Shown here in pieces: positions 32,423-41,494 of a stretch of DNA of 64,000 bases. The notes below the pieces were generated by a model, which saw only the letters and a list, made by a program, of their open reading frames with translations, was not told the DNA's origin and searched no databases. Numbering within the stretch: the first letter of the stretch is position 1; each line of letters opens with the position of its first letter. The stretch comes from Syntrophorhabdaceae bacterium (GTDB lineage Bacteria; Desulfobacterota; Syntrophorhabdia; Syntrophorhabdales; Syntrophorhabdaceae): contig OY762209.1 in assembly GCA_963665295.1 (NCBI GenBank), forward strand, positions 4,256,001-4,320,000, given 5' to 3'. The position numbers and the translations under genes were made by a program.

Positions 32423-34789
32423 ATGTCGGCAGACGATGCAAGACCGTTGACAGAGGGACTTCGTGTGCATCAGACCGGATCACGAGCGCAGTACGAAGGG
32501 ACGGGCAAAACGGAGCCCCACGCTTCTCGCGCCCTACCGCTGTCCCGCGTGGGAAGCTGGGAATACGATCTGTCCGCTACAACCGTGCTGTGGTCACCGG
32601 AGCTGTTCTCCATCTTCGGGATCGACTCTGATGTCGGGCATCCCACTTACCCGGGCTTTCTCGCGAGAATTCATCCCGACGACAGGGAGACATTTGCAGA
32701 GGCGGTCGAGGAAGCCATCACACACAACAAGCCTTTCCGCATCGACCTCAAGCTATTCCGGTCCGACGGCGTCCTGCGCCATATTATCAATCAGGGAAGC
32801 ACCCATACCGGCAAAGACGGGAGCGTGGATCGCGTGTTCGGCTCGGTGGAGGATATTACCGAATGGATACAGACCGGGCAAGCCCTCCGGGAGAGCGAAG
32901 CGAAGTATAGAAGCATCTTCGAAAACGCGGTCGAGGGCATCTTCCAGGTAACGCCCGAAGGACGCATACTCAGCGGCAACCCCGCAATGGCCCGTATTCT
33001 CGGTTATTCAACCGTTGACGAGATGATGGCGAACGCCGCCGACCTGGGCAAGATCCACATCATACCGGGCAGGGGTGAGGAATTCCCCGGCTTTCTTGAA
33101 AGACACGGAAAGGTAGAGGGTTTCGAAACCCGTTTCCTGAGGAAAGACGGCGTCACCATCTGGGCCATCATCAACGCTCGAACGGTAAAGGACGCAGCAG
33201 GGAAGACCGTGTACTTCGAGGGCTCCATTGAAGACATAACCTACCGGAAGCGGACCGAGGACGCGCTAAGGGAAAGCGAGGAACGTTATAGAGCGATAAT
33301 CGAACATTCCAACGACGGCGTCGCCATCATGTCGGGAGACAATCACGCCTTCGTCAATAAGAGGTTTCTGGAGATCTTCGGCTATGACCGGCCGGCGGAT
33401 GTTGTGGGTAAGCCCCTATCGCTCACCGCACACCACGATGACCGCGAAAGGGTCATAAGGTTTAACCGGCAGAGGCAAAGAAATGAGCCGGTGCCGTCCA
33501 TGTATGAGATGAAAGGGGTAAAGAAAAACGGCGACATCGTCTATGTCGAGGTTTCCGCGACGAATATTACGCTCCACGGGGAGCCTGCTTCCCTCGCCTA
33601 CCTGAGGGATGTGACCGGACGCAAGCAGTGGGGGAAAGAACTGGCCGAGAGTATGGAAAGAATCATACAGGCCAAGCAGGAATGGGAGTCTCTCGCCGAT
33701 TCTCTGAACGAGCTTATTTTCCTCCTCGACAGCAGGGGATATATCATTCGATCAAACCGGAGGATAGAGAACTGGGGACTCGGACATATTACGGACGTCA
33801 AGGGGAGAAGGCTTCATGACACCATGCATCCCTATTGCGCAAAACCTCACTGCTACCTCAGGACCTTCATGGCGAGCGCCCTGAAGGACTCCACCATAGG
33901 ACGCCCCGCCGAGATTGAAGTAAAGGATGACGTTTTGAAGCGCTACCTCGACATCAGGATGCGGCCGATCCCACTCGATATAAAAGCCGGGAGCCAACTG
34001 AGGGAAAGTTTCGCCGTCCTCGTCATCCATGATATTTCCGAACGTAAGAAGGCACAGGAATCGCTCTCGGCGGCCTACGAAGAATTGAAGGAGGCCCAGC
34101 AGGAATTGATCCGGATAGAAAAACTGGCCCTTTTAGGAAAGTTTTCCTCGGGTATAGCCCACGAAATCAGGAACCCCCTTGCGAATATCCGCGCGTCGGC
34201 CCAGTTCTGTCTGAACAAATATGAACTCGATGAAGAAATAAAGAAACACTTGAGGATTATGCTCCGGAACTCCGAACACGCAAACAAGATTATCAAGGAT
34301 TTGATAGACCTTGCAAAACCGAGCGAGGTGTCGCTTGTTCCCGGCAACATAAACCTCGTGGTGAACAAAGTATGTGACCTCGTAAAAACACGGTGCGAGA
34401 AACAGCATGTATTACTCCACAAGAAGATATCGAGAAGGCTCCCCCCTATTCTGATGGACGAAGAACGCATGGAAAAGGCCCTCCTCAATTTTGTCCTGAA
34501 TGCCCTCGATGCTATGCCCAAAGGCGGGAAGCTTGCCATCAACGCTTACCCCTATTTCAACAAACACGAAGTGGTGATAAGCATTCTCGATACAGGAAAG
34601 GGTATAGCGCCGGAACACATGGACAAGATATTCCACCCCTTTTTCACCACCAAGCGTACGGGCATCGGGTTGGGGTTATGCCTCGCCGATCAGGTCATAA
34701 CGTCTCACAAGGGAAGGCTTTCATTTCGCAGCGAACTTGGAGAGGGCACCGCCATCACGGTCAAATTACCCATATCAAGGGAAGGTTGA
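32423..34789 (+). CDS. Cytoplasmic multi-PAS sensor histidine kinase
   Basis: Four PAS/PAC-like units, H-box AHEIRNPL, N-box NALDAM, DTGKG, GIGLGL; no TM. Confidence 0.93.
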   Translation: MSADDARPLTEGLRVHQTGSRAQYEGTGKTEPHASRALPLSRVGSWEYDLSATTVLWSPELFSIFGIDSDVGHPTYPGFLARIHPDDRETFAEAVEEAITHNKPFRIDLKLFRSDGVLRHIINQGSTHTGKDGSVDRVFGSVEDITEWIQTGQALRESEAKYRSIFENAVEGIFQVTPEGRILSGNPAMARILGYSTVDEMMANAADLGKIHIIPGRGEEFPGFLERHGKVEGFETRFLRKDGVTIWAIINARTVKDAAGKTVYFEGSIEDITYRKRTEDALRESEERYRAIIEHSNDGVAIMSGDNHAFVNKRFLEIFGYDRPADVVGKPLSLTAHHDDRERVIRFNRQRQRNEPVPSMYEMKGVKKNGDIVYVEVSATNITLHGEPASLAYLRDVTGRKQWGKELAESMERIIQAKQEWESLADSLNELIFLLDSRGYIIRSNRRIENWGLGHITDVKGRRLHDTMHPYCAKPHCYLRTFMASALKDSTIGRPAEIEVKDDVLKRYLDIRMRPIPLDIKAGSQLRESFAVLVIHDISERKKAQESLSAAYEELKEAQQELIRIEKLALLGKFSSGIAHEIRNPLANIRASAQFCLNKYELDEEIKKHLRIMLRNSEHANKIIKDLIDLAKPSEVSLVPGNINLVVNKVCDLVKTRCEKQHVLLHKKISRRLPPILMDEERMEKALLNFVLNALDAMPKGGKLAINAYPYFNKHEVVISILDTGKGIAPEHMDKIFHPFFTTKRTGIGLGLCLADQVITSHKGRLSFRSELGEGTAITVKLPISREG

Positions 34790-34802
34790 GGGAGGGGAGA
34801 AG

Positions 34803-36206
34803 TTGACGGAGAGAATCCTGGTCGTTGAAGACAACAAGGATATGCAGTTTCTTCTTTCCAGCATACTGACGAGCGAGGGATATGAAACGATCGTAGCGGG
34901 CGACGGCGCAAAGGCTCTCCAGGAAGCAAGAAAACGCCTACCCGACGTTGTTCTCCTCGATATACGGTTGCCGGGCATGAACGGCATGGCCGTCCTGGAG
35001 GAGCTTAAAAGGACCAACAAGGACGTCGCGGTCTGCATGCTCACGGCCTATGGGGATATCAAAGGCGCGGTTCAGGCCATGAAGCTGGGAGCCTTCGAAT
35101 ACATTACCAAACCCTTTGACAACGAGGAGCTTCTCATTGTGGTAAAAAGGGCGCTCCGGACCCGGTGCCTCAATAAAGAGGTGGAGTCTCTGAGAAAACA
35201 GTTGGGAGAAAAAACCTCCACCGATCTCATATCCCAACTCGTGGGAGAGAGTCCCGCCATCAAGCAGGTGCTGAAACAGGTCGATGTGGTTGCCCCCACA
35301 AATATGACGGTCGTACTTCAAGGGGAAAGCGGTACAGGGAAGGAACTTATTGCACAGTTGATACACCGGAAGAGCGCGAGAAGGGATGGCGCTTTTGTTG
35401 CCATAGACTGTGGCGCCATACCGGAATCCCTCGTTGAAAGCGAGCTTTTCGGTTACGAAAAAGGCGCATTCACAGGCGCGGATGCCCACAAGAAAGGTAA
35501 ATTCGAGCAGGCCGACGGGGGCGCAATCTTCCTCGATGAGATCACCAACCTTCCCGGCCCTGCTCAGGGAAAATTCCTTCGCGTCTTGCAGGAAAAAAGA
35601 TTGCAGCACCTGGGAGGCAAGAAGGATATAAAGGTTGACGTGCGGATTATAGCCGCTTCCAATATCGACCTTCCTGAGGCAGTCGGCTCGGGCAATTTCA
35701 GGAGCGACCTCTTTCACCGGCTCAACGAATTCCCCGTAAAACTCCCTCCCTTAAGAGAGAGGAAGGAGGACATTCCTTTCCTCGCAAACCGTTTTCTTGA
35801 CGAAGCGAAGGCGGAGTTCAATAAAGATGTACATAGTTTCTCTCCCGAGGCGATGCGGACCCTTCTCGACCATCATTGGCCGGGAAACGTACGGGAGTTG
35901 AGAAACGCCGTAAGAAGAGCGGTGCTCCTCTCGGATTCCATGGTGGTTGCCGAGGTCTACCCCACCCTCGCAGAGCCCGGTCCGGGGATGAACCATCAGT
36001 TGTCGGAAAAGTTGGACGTCCTCGCCCAATTGCGCAAGGGTTACTCCCTCCACGAAATTGCGCAGAAAGAGATCGACGGCTTCGAGAAGGCAATCATCGC
36101 CCAAACCCTGTCCATTACAGGAGGAAACAAAGTCAAAGCTGCGAAAATGCTCAAGATCGACCGTATGACCCTGTATTCGAAACTAAGAAAGTACCAGATC
36201 GAATGA
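34803..36206 (+). CDS. NtrC-family sigma54-dependent response regulator
   Basis: Receiver domain, GESGTGKE, ESELFGYEKGAFTGA, WPGNVREL, C-terminal Fis HTH; TTG start after GGAGGGGAG. Confidence 0.95.
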   Translation: MTERILVVEDNKDMQFLLSSILTSEGYETIVAGDGAKALQEARKRLPDVVLLDIRLPGMNGMAVLEELKRTNKDVAVCMLTAYGDIKGAVQAMKLGAFEYITKPFDNEELLIVVKRALRTRCLNKEVESLRKQLGEKTSTDLISQLVGESPAIKQVLKQVDVVAPTNMTVVLQGESGTGKELIAQLIHRKSARRDGAFVAIDCGAIPESLVESELFGYEKGAFTGADAHKKGKFEQADGGAIFLDEITNLPGPAQGKFLRVLQEKRLQHLGGKKDIKVDVRIIAASNIDLPEAVGSGNFRSDLFHRLNEFPVKLPPLRERKEDIPFLANRFLDEAKAEFNKDVHSFSPEAMRTLLDHHWPGNVRELRNAVRRAVLLSDSMVVAEVYPTLAEPGPGMNHQLSEKLDVLAQLRKGYSLHEIAQKEIDGFEKAIIAQTLSITGGNKVKAAKMLKIDRMTLYSKLRKYQIE

Positions 36207-36239
36207 TACCCTGATGAAGCGCGTCTGATTCGACCCCTG

Positions 36240-36288
36240 CTACATTGATGTAGAGCCGGCTCTACATCAATGTAGGGCGGATTCCGCA
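36240..36288. promoter_or_regulatory. Perfect 36-bp palindrome containing tandem enhancer (UAS)-like sites
   Basis: CTACATTGATGTAGAGCC|GGCTCTACATCAATGTAG (36240-36275); TGTAG-N8-CTACA and TGTAG-N8-CCGCA 22 bp apart. Confidence 0.65.
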
Positions 36289-36415
36289 CATAAACGCCGC
36301 CGACTGGAATCGTGCCCTCAAATCCGTACCGACTGCACCTTCTCTCTCACTAATAAACCTGTAATATCAATGAAAGGTCCGTATGCCGCGGAGCGGCGGC
36401 CATCCTTCGGCCCTG

Positions 36416-36431
36416 CGGCACGATCTATGCA
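36416..36431 (+). promoter_or_regulatory. Sigma54 (-24/-12) promoter of gas vesicle operon
   Basis: CGGCACG-ATCT-ATGCA, GG-N10-GC spacing. Confidence 0.7.
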
Positions 36432-36499
36432 ATTGTAACCGGCATCAGCCACTTATTACTGGGGTTAAAGGCAAAGGCCAATGAGGGCAGTTAACCTGA

Positions 36500-36874
36500 A
36501 TGCCAACAATTCTGATTGTAGATGATAACGAGGATATGTGCCAGATAATATCGGATGTCATGAAGGCGGAGGGATATATGGTCGAAGTGGCATATGACGG
36601 CAGGTCCGCTATGAACGAGATACAGACAATGGCCTACGACCTAATGATCCTCGACTACAGACTCTTTGATTGCGATGGTCTCGAAATCCTGGAACAAGCA
36701 AAGCGGGCGGCGCCCCTCCTCAACACGATAATGATATCCGCTTATGGAAACGAGCCGGTGAAAGAAAGGGCTCGTGTATTAGGGGCGTGCGCTTTCTTTG
36801 ACAAGCCTTTTGCAGTGAACGATCTTTTGAAGGTAGTGAGAAAGGCGCTCGGCAAGAACCAGGGCGCCGAATAA
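36500..36874 (+). CDS. Single-domain response regulator
   Basis: ILIVDD, LMILD, ISAYG, KPF. Confidence 0.92.
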   Translation: MPTILIVDDNEDMCQIISDVMKAEGYMVEVAYDGRSAMNEIQTMAYDLMILDYRLFDCDGLEILEQAKRAAPLLNTIMISAYGNEPVKERARVLGACAFFDKPFAVNDLLKVVRKALGKNQGAE

Positions 36875-36940
36875 GACCGAGCCGGCAGGGTTGACCGTTT
36901 CCCTTCATAAAAAGACGGAATAAAAAAAAGGGGTGCAATC

Positions 36941-37147
36941 ATGGCAGTAGAAAAAGCAATCGGATCATCCAGTTTGGTCGAAGTCGTGGACAGAATCCTC
37001 GACAAGGGAGTAGTCGTCGATGCGTGGGTGAGAGTTTCTCTTGTAGGTATTGAGATTCTTGCCATCGAAGCCAGAGTCGTAGTGGCGTCGGTCGAGACCT
37101 ACCTCAAGTATGCCGAGGCTATCGGCCTGACCGCGACAGCAGCTTAA
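36941..37147 (+). CDS. gvpA: Gas vesicle structural protein
   Basis: [55 protein letters not shown]. Confidence 0.98.
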   Translation: MAVEKAIGSSSLVEVVDRILDKGVVVDAWVRVSLVGIEILAIEARVVVASVETYLKYAEAIGLTATAA

Positions 37148-37284
37148 CGCTCCATAAGCCGCTGCCCGAGAAGGGCAAAAGCGGGTTCTTGCCGCGTCAC
37201 CCTCAAGCCTCAACGGCTCATGCCCGGGGGAACGGAAAGTGTGACACGCCAGGAGCCCAAAACCAAGCGTGAGGTAAGCCAAGC

Positions 37285-37959
37285 ATGGAAAACGCCCCCA
37301 ATTTAAAGGGTTTTGTGGATGAAATCATTTCTTCTTACGAAGACCGGCTGCGAAGCATCACCTCCATCATTGACAACACGCGCATGATCCTCGGTGAATT
37401 CCAGGAGTCCATGGCAAACACACGACAAGAAAGAGAAGACATGAAGATCCGGCTCCGGGACACGCTGGCAAAAAATGAGTCCCTCAGAAAGAAAGACTTC
37501 GACGCCATGATGAACACCATTCTCATGTCCCAGGACGACCGGGAGAAGGAAGTGAGAAGCCTGCTCGACAATTTTCTCATGGAGCAGAAAGAGATGACGA
37601 CAACTCTCAGGGAGGGTCTCAGCGGTTCCCGGGACGCCCTGAATCAGGATAATGCAAGCAGGCTCGCGGAATACCATCAGTTGCTGAAGCAAATTCTCGA
37701 TGATCAAGAACAGAGAAGACAGGAAGTTGTCGGCAAATTGAAGACATTCCAGAGGGAACAGAAGGAATTGTCCTACACGCTCGGGCAACTGCTCTCCAAG
37801 GGAAGGCAGCTGAGAATAAAGGATTTGAAATCCATGCTGAAGGGCTTCGAAATGCAGTCCCTGGAGAGGACGACGTACCGGATCAAACGGAAGGAGGACG
37901 TGCAGAGAATGCTTGACGTGTTCCGGCAGGAAAGAGTTGAGAGAAGGCTTTACAAATAA
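37285..37959 (+). CDS. Alpha-helical protein, GvpC-like paralog 1
   Basis: Charged helical sequence; N-terminal motif shared with next two ORFs. Confidence 0.7.
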   Translation: MENAPNLKGFVDEIISSYEDRLRSITSIIDNTRMILGEFQESMANTRQEREDMKIRLRDTLAKNESLRKKDFDAMMNTILMSQDDREKEVRSLLDNFLMEQKEMTTTLREGLSGSRDALNQDNASRLAEYHQLLKQILDDQEQRRQEVVGKLKTFQREQKELSYTLGQLLSKGRQLRIKDLKSMLKGFEMQSLERTTYRIKRKEDVQRMLDVFRQERVERRLYK

Positions 37960-37984
37960 AAGGCGTAGAGAAGAGGAGGTACAT

Positions 37985-39097
37985 ATGGAAGTAGGAAAAG
38001 GCATGAAAGACCTGGCGGATCAGATTCTCGCGTCTCACGAAGTGAGAATAAACACACTACTCGATCTGAAAAACAATACCATGAAGACCCTGCAGGATTT
38101 TGCCAAGGAGCGCGAGGTCATGGGCCGCGAACAGAGCCGGAACCTCCTGGACTTCACGAATAGCCTGTCCGGAAGCGTGGACTCACTCCTGGATGGTTTC
38201 CGAAAGGGCCACAAAGCCATGGGCGACGAGCAGTCGCGTCGCCTGAGAGGATCTATCCGGGATCTCACCAAAAGCACTTCCGACATGCGCAGCCGCTTTC
38301 TCAAAGAGCACCGTCATGTGAGCCGGGAGCAGGCCAAGTTCCTTGCGGATTTTGCGGGATACATTACCAGGAATGTCCATGACCTGTTGAAGGGGTTTCA
38401 CGCGGACCACCAGCAGATGAGCGACGAACAGGCAAAGAATCTCGCCGACTTCATGAACAATCTCACAAGGGATATGGCGGCTTCCGCGAACAGTCTCAAG
38501 CAGGCGCGGGAAAAGGCCGCGGATGAACTGAGAAAACACCTCTCGGACGAGGTCAAACGCATCCGGACCTATACAACAAGCACGCTCAACGAGTTCGAGA
38601 AGGAGCATGGGAAGATGAGTGCTTCCCTGAGAAAGGACCTCGACCAGTACGTGAATAACCTTACGAAGGACGTCTCCTCCCTCATTCGTCATTATCGCGA
38701 AGACATGAAAGAGGCGAAGGATTCCTGGTCCGAGATGTCCATGATCCTATCATCTCCGGGCACAAGAATGCCGGTGCCTTCTCTGCAGGTACGAGAGGAT
38801 GTCTCCACGGTAGACGAAGCTATCGAGAAAGAAGAAGCCGAGGAAAGACAGGGCCTGCCGGAAAGCGAGATAGAGGAAAAAGTACTTGGTTATATCAACC
38901 AGCACCCTGAAGGAGTCAAGGTGGGGTCTATGGAAACGGCACTCGGCATACCGAGAATGAGGTTGGGCATGAAGGCCAAGAAACTTCTCGAAGACGGGAA
39001 GGTCTGGAAGGAAGACAACGTATATTATCCGCTCGCAAGGTCCAAAGGTCCGGGCTTCACTATTCAGGGACCGGGTTTTTCTACAGAGACCCATTGA
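37985..39097 (+). CDS. gvpC: GvpC-like protein with six 33-aa repeats and C-terminal winged-helix-like domain
   Basis: Repeats at 38111-38704 in exact 33-aa register; position between gvpA and gvpN; GAGGAGG RBS. Confidence 0.75.
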   Translation: MEVGKGMKDLADQILASHEVRINTLLDLKNNTMKTLQDFAKEREVMGREQSRNLLDFTNSLSGSVDSLLDGFRKGHKAMGDEQSRRLRGSIRDLTKSTSDMRSRFLKEHRHVSREQAKFLADFAGYITRNVHDLLKGFHADHQQMSDEQAKNLADFMNNLTRDMAASANSLKQAREKAADELRKHLSDEVKRIRTYTTSTLNEFEKEHGKMSASLRKDLDQYVNNLTKDVSSLIRHYREDMKEAKDSWSEMSMILSSPGTRMPVPSLQVREDVSTVDEAIEKEEAEERQGLPESEIEEKVLGYINQHPEGVKVGSMETALGIPRMRLGMKAKKLLEDGKVWKEDNVYYPLARSKGPGFTIQGPGFSTETH

Positions 39098-39193
39098 GCC
39101 GGGAGCCCTTGAGAGACACGAGCGCCGGGACACGGACTGAAGACGCGTGCGATCCCGGCCCTCAAAGAACAGTATTTCGGGAGGAGGTTTAGC

Positions 39194-39526
39194 ATGGACG
39201 ACATATCCGGTGGTATGAGAAATCTATCCGACGACATTCTCACGAGCCACAGGGACAGAAAAGAAACGATAAAGAATCTGAAGACGGAATCTGATGCCAT
39301 CAGGAAAGATACGGCGCAATTTCTGGACCAATCCAGAAGACTGCGCGACGAAATGAGCAAGAGTCTCAGAGCAAACCTCAGGCAGGAAAGAGATCGCCTT
39401 CTCCAGGAAGTAACCACCATGAGGGATGATTTCAGAAGCAATGAAAGAAGGATCAGGGAGGACCTCGCGGAGGCCAAGCGGATCTGGACCGACATGAAGA
39501 ACATTTTGGGAGGAAAACCAAAATGA
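39194..39526 (+). CDS. Short GvpC-like paralog 3
   Basis: Shares N-terminal motif and EAKxxWxxMxxIL motif with 37985..39097; GGAGGAGG RBS. Confidence 0.7.
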   Translation: MDDISGGMRNLSDDILTSHRDRKETIKNLKTESDAIRKDTAQFLDQSRRLRDEMSKSLRANLRQERDRLLQEVTTMRDDFRSNERRIREDLAEAKRIWTDMKNILGGKPK

Positions 39527-40440
39527 TTGATGACAACACGACGATATTACAACCGACGGCCCTGCCCGACTTTGTGGAAACGAACTACATCAAGGAACTT
39601 ACCGAAAGGTCGATTGCCTATGTGCGGGCAGGTTTCCCGGTCCACTTCAGGGGCATATCAGGCACCGGAAAAACGACCCTCGCCATGCACGTGGCAAGCA
39701 AGATCGGCAGGCCTGTCGTCCTCATCCATGGAGACGAAGAATTTACCACTTCGAACCTCGTGGGGGGCGAATACGGTTACAGGATGAAAAAAGTGGTGGA
39801 CCGCTTCGTATCACGGGTACTCAAGACAGAGGAAGATATGGTCAAGCGCTGGGTTGATAACCGTCTCACGGTGGCGTGCAAATATGGTTTCACCCTCATT
39901 TACGACGAATTCACGCGGTCCCGCCCGGAGGCGAACAATATCCTTCTCTCCATACTTCAGGAACGGCTTATGGACCTGCCTGTCGGACGGGAGGCGGAAG
40001 GGCCGTATCTCAAGGTGCATGAGAACTTTACCGCCTTTTTCACGAGTAACCCTGAGGAATATGCCGGCGTACACAGAAGTCAGGACGCCTTGAGAGACCG
40101 GATGGTGACCATGGACCTCGATCACTTCGACTACGAAACAGAGGTTGCCATCACGCAGGCAAAATCGAAGCTCCCCCGCAAAGAAGTGGAAAGCATCGTC
40201 AAAATCGTGAGGGGGTTAAGGGAATCCGGCAAGTGCGAGTTTACCCCCACCGTCAGGGCGTGCATTATGATTGCCAAGACCATGAAGGTCGAAGGTATCA
40301 CGACGCGTAATTCCAACGGCTCTTTCAGCAGGATGTGTCAGGACGTGTTGGCCTCGGTCACAAGCAGAGTAGGTTCCAAGACAAATCAGACGAGGGTGAA
40401 GGAGATAGTCGAAGGTTTGGTAAAGACACATGTAAACTGA
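39523..40440 (+). CDS. gvpN: Gas vesicle AAA+ ATPase
   Basis: GFPVHFRGISGTGKTTLA, WVDNRLT, YDEFTRSRPEANN, TSNPEEYAGVH.SQDALRDR. Confidence 0.96.
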   Translation: MIDDNTTILQPTALPDFVETNYIKELTERSIAYVRAGFPVHFRGISGTGKTTLAMHVASKIGRPVVLIHGDEEFTTSNLVGGEYGYRMKKVVDRFVSRVLKTEEDMVKRWVDNRLTVACKYGFTLIYDEFTRSRPEANNILLSILQERLMDLPVGREAEGPYLKVHENFTAFFTSNPEEYAGVHRSQDALRDRMVTMDLDHFDYETEVAITQAKSKLPRKEVESIVKIVRGLRESGKCEFTPTVRACIMIAKTMKVEGITTRNSNGSFSRMCQDVLASVTSRVGSKTNQTRVKEIVEGLVKTHVN

Positions 40441-40517
40441 AATCGGGAATTATCATACCTGTTCCGAGAAGACACATCCCGGGGGAAACGGGGCATTTGA
40501 CGCGGGAGGCCTTATAA

Positions 40518-40823
40518 ATGAAAGACCTGAAGGAAATCGCAACCATCAAGAACATAAGGAGCATGCATTCCATCGGCGCACGGTCCGTTCCGAAAGTCCA
40601 AAGGTCTCCTTATCTTGACCTCTATTCACTCAACAGGGAAAAAGACCGGTTGGAAAAAGAGGTCAAAGTGCTCGAAAAGAGAAAAACAATTACAGGCCGC
40701 ATGCTGAGCGATGTAATCAGACTCATTGCCGGGCTCCAAAAAGAGATCCGGGGCAGAACGGAGGTAAAGACCGTTAAGGATACCAAGATGAAACGCCTGA
40801 GAACGATGCCCATCCGATACTGA
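40518..40823 (+). CDS. Small basic coiled-coil gas vesicle accessory protein (GvpV-like by position)
   Basis: Follows gvpN; GGAGG RBS; coiled-coil core. Confidence 0.6.
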   Translation: MKDLKEIATIKNIRSMHSIGARSVPKVQRSPYLDLYSLNREKDRLEKEVKVLEKRKTITGRMLSDVIRLIAGLQKEIRGRTEVKTVKDTKMKRLRTMPIRY

Positions 40824-40957
40824 GTCCCATGGGTGATGCGCGGCGGGCGGCATGGGTTCTCGCCTTGCCCGACAGTGGTCGGATATCACCGTCAGCCCCT
40901 CGGTAATATGAGGGCTCTCGATTAAAGAGAGAAATACGTGCAAAAGGGGAGAAGAAG

Positions 40958-41494
40958 ATGCCGACACATAAGAGCAGCAAGAAGGATGGCGACGCGTTCA
41001 ATATCGATGTGGGGCTCGGGAACCTGGGGTTGGGCGGAATCTTCAAGGGTATTGAAAAGCTGGTGGACCTCGCGTCGGAGTTGGAGAAGGCAGGAGGAGA
41101 GATAAAAAAGGAAGGCGATATAGACCTGAGCAACCTCAAGGAGGGCATGAAGGGTGTTTTCGGTTTCTCCGTGAAGACGGCCATGGGCGGAAGACCTGTA
41201 GTAGAACCCTTCGGGAATGTGCGAAAAACCCCCCAGGGGGCCAAAGTTGAAGAAGAAAGGGAACCCATAACCGACGTTTTCGATGAGAAGGACGAGATCC
41301 GGGTGTATCTGGAAATGCCGGGAATCAGCAAGAACGATGTAAAGATTGATCTCAAAGGGGACATACTCACTATTTCAGCTCAAAGCGGGAACAAGAAATA
41401 CCGTAAGGAAATTCTGCTTCCTGCGAAAGGAAAATCGGAGACACTTACATCCGGCTTTAAGAACGGCATTCTGGAAATAAGAATAAAGAAATGA
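40958..41494 (+). CDS. Hsp20/alpha-crystallin family protein (GvpH-like)
   Basis: EREPITDVFDE, EMPGI, FKNGILEI. Confidence 0.9.
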   Translation: MPTHKSSKKDGDAFNIDVGLGNLGLGGIFKGIEKLVDLASELEKAGGEIKKEGDIDLSNLKEGMKGVFGFSVKTAMGGRPVVEPFGNVRKTPQGAKVEEEREPITDVFDEKDEIRVYLEMPGISKNDVKIDLKGDILTISAQSGNKKYRKEILLPAKGKSETLTSGFKNGILEIRIKK

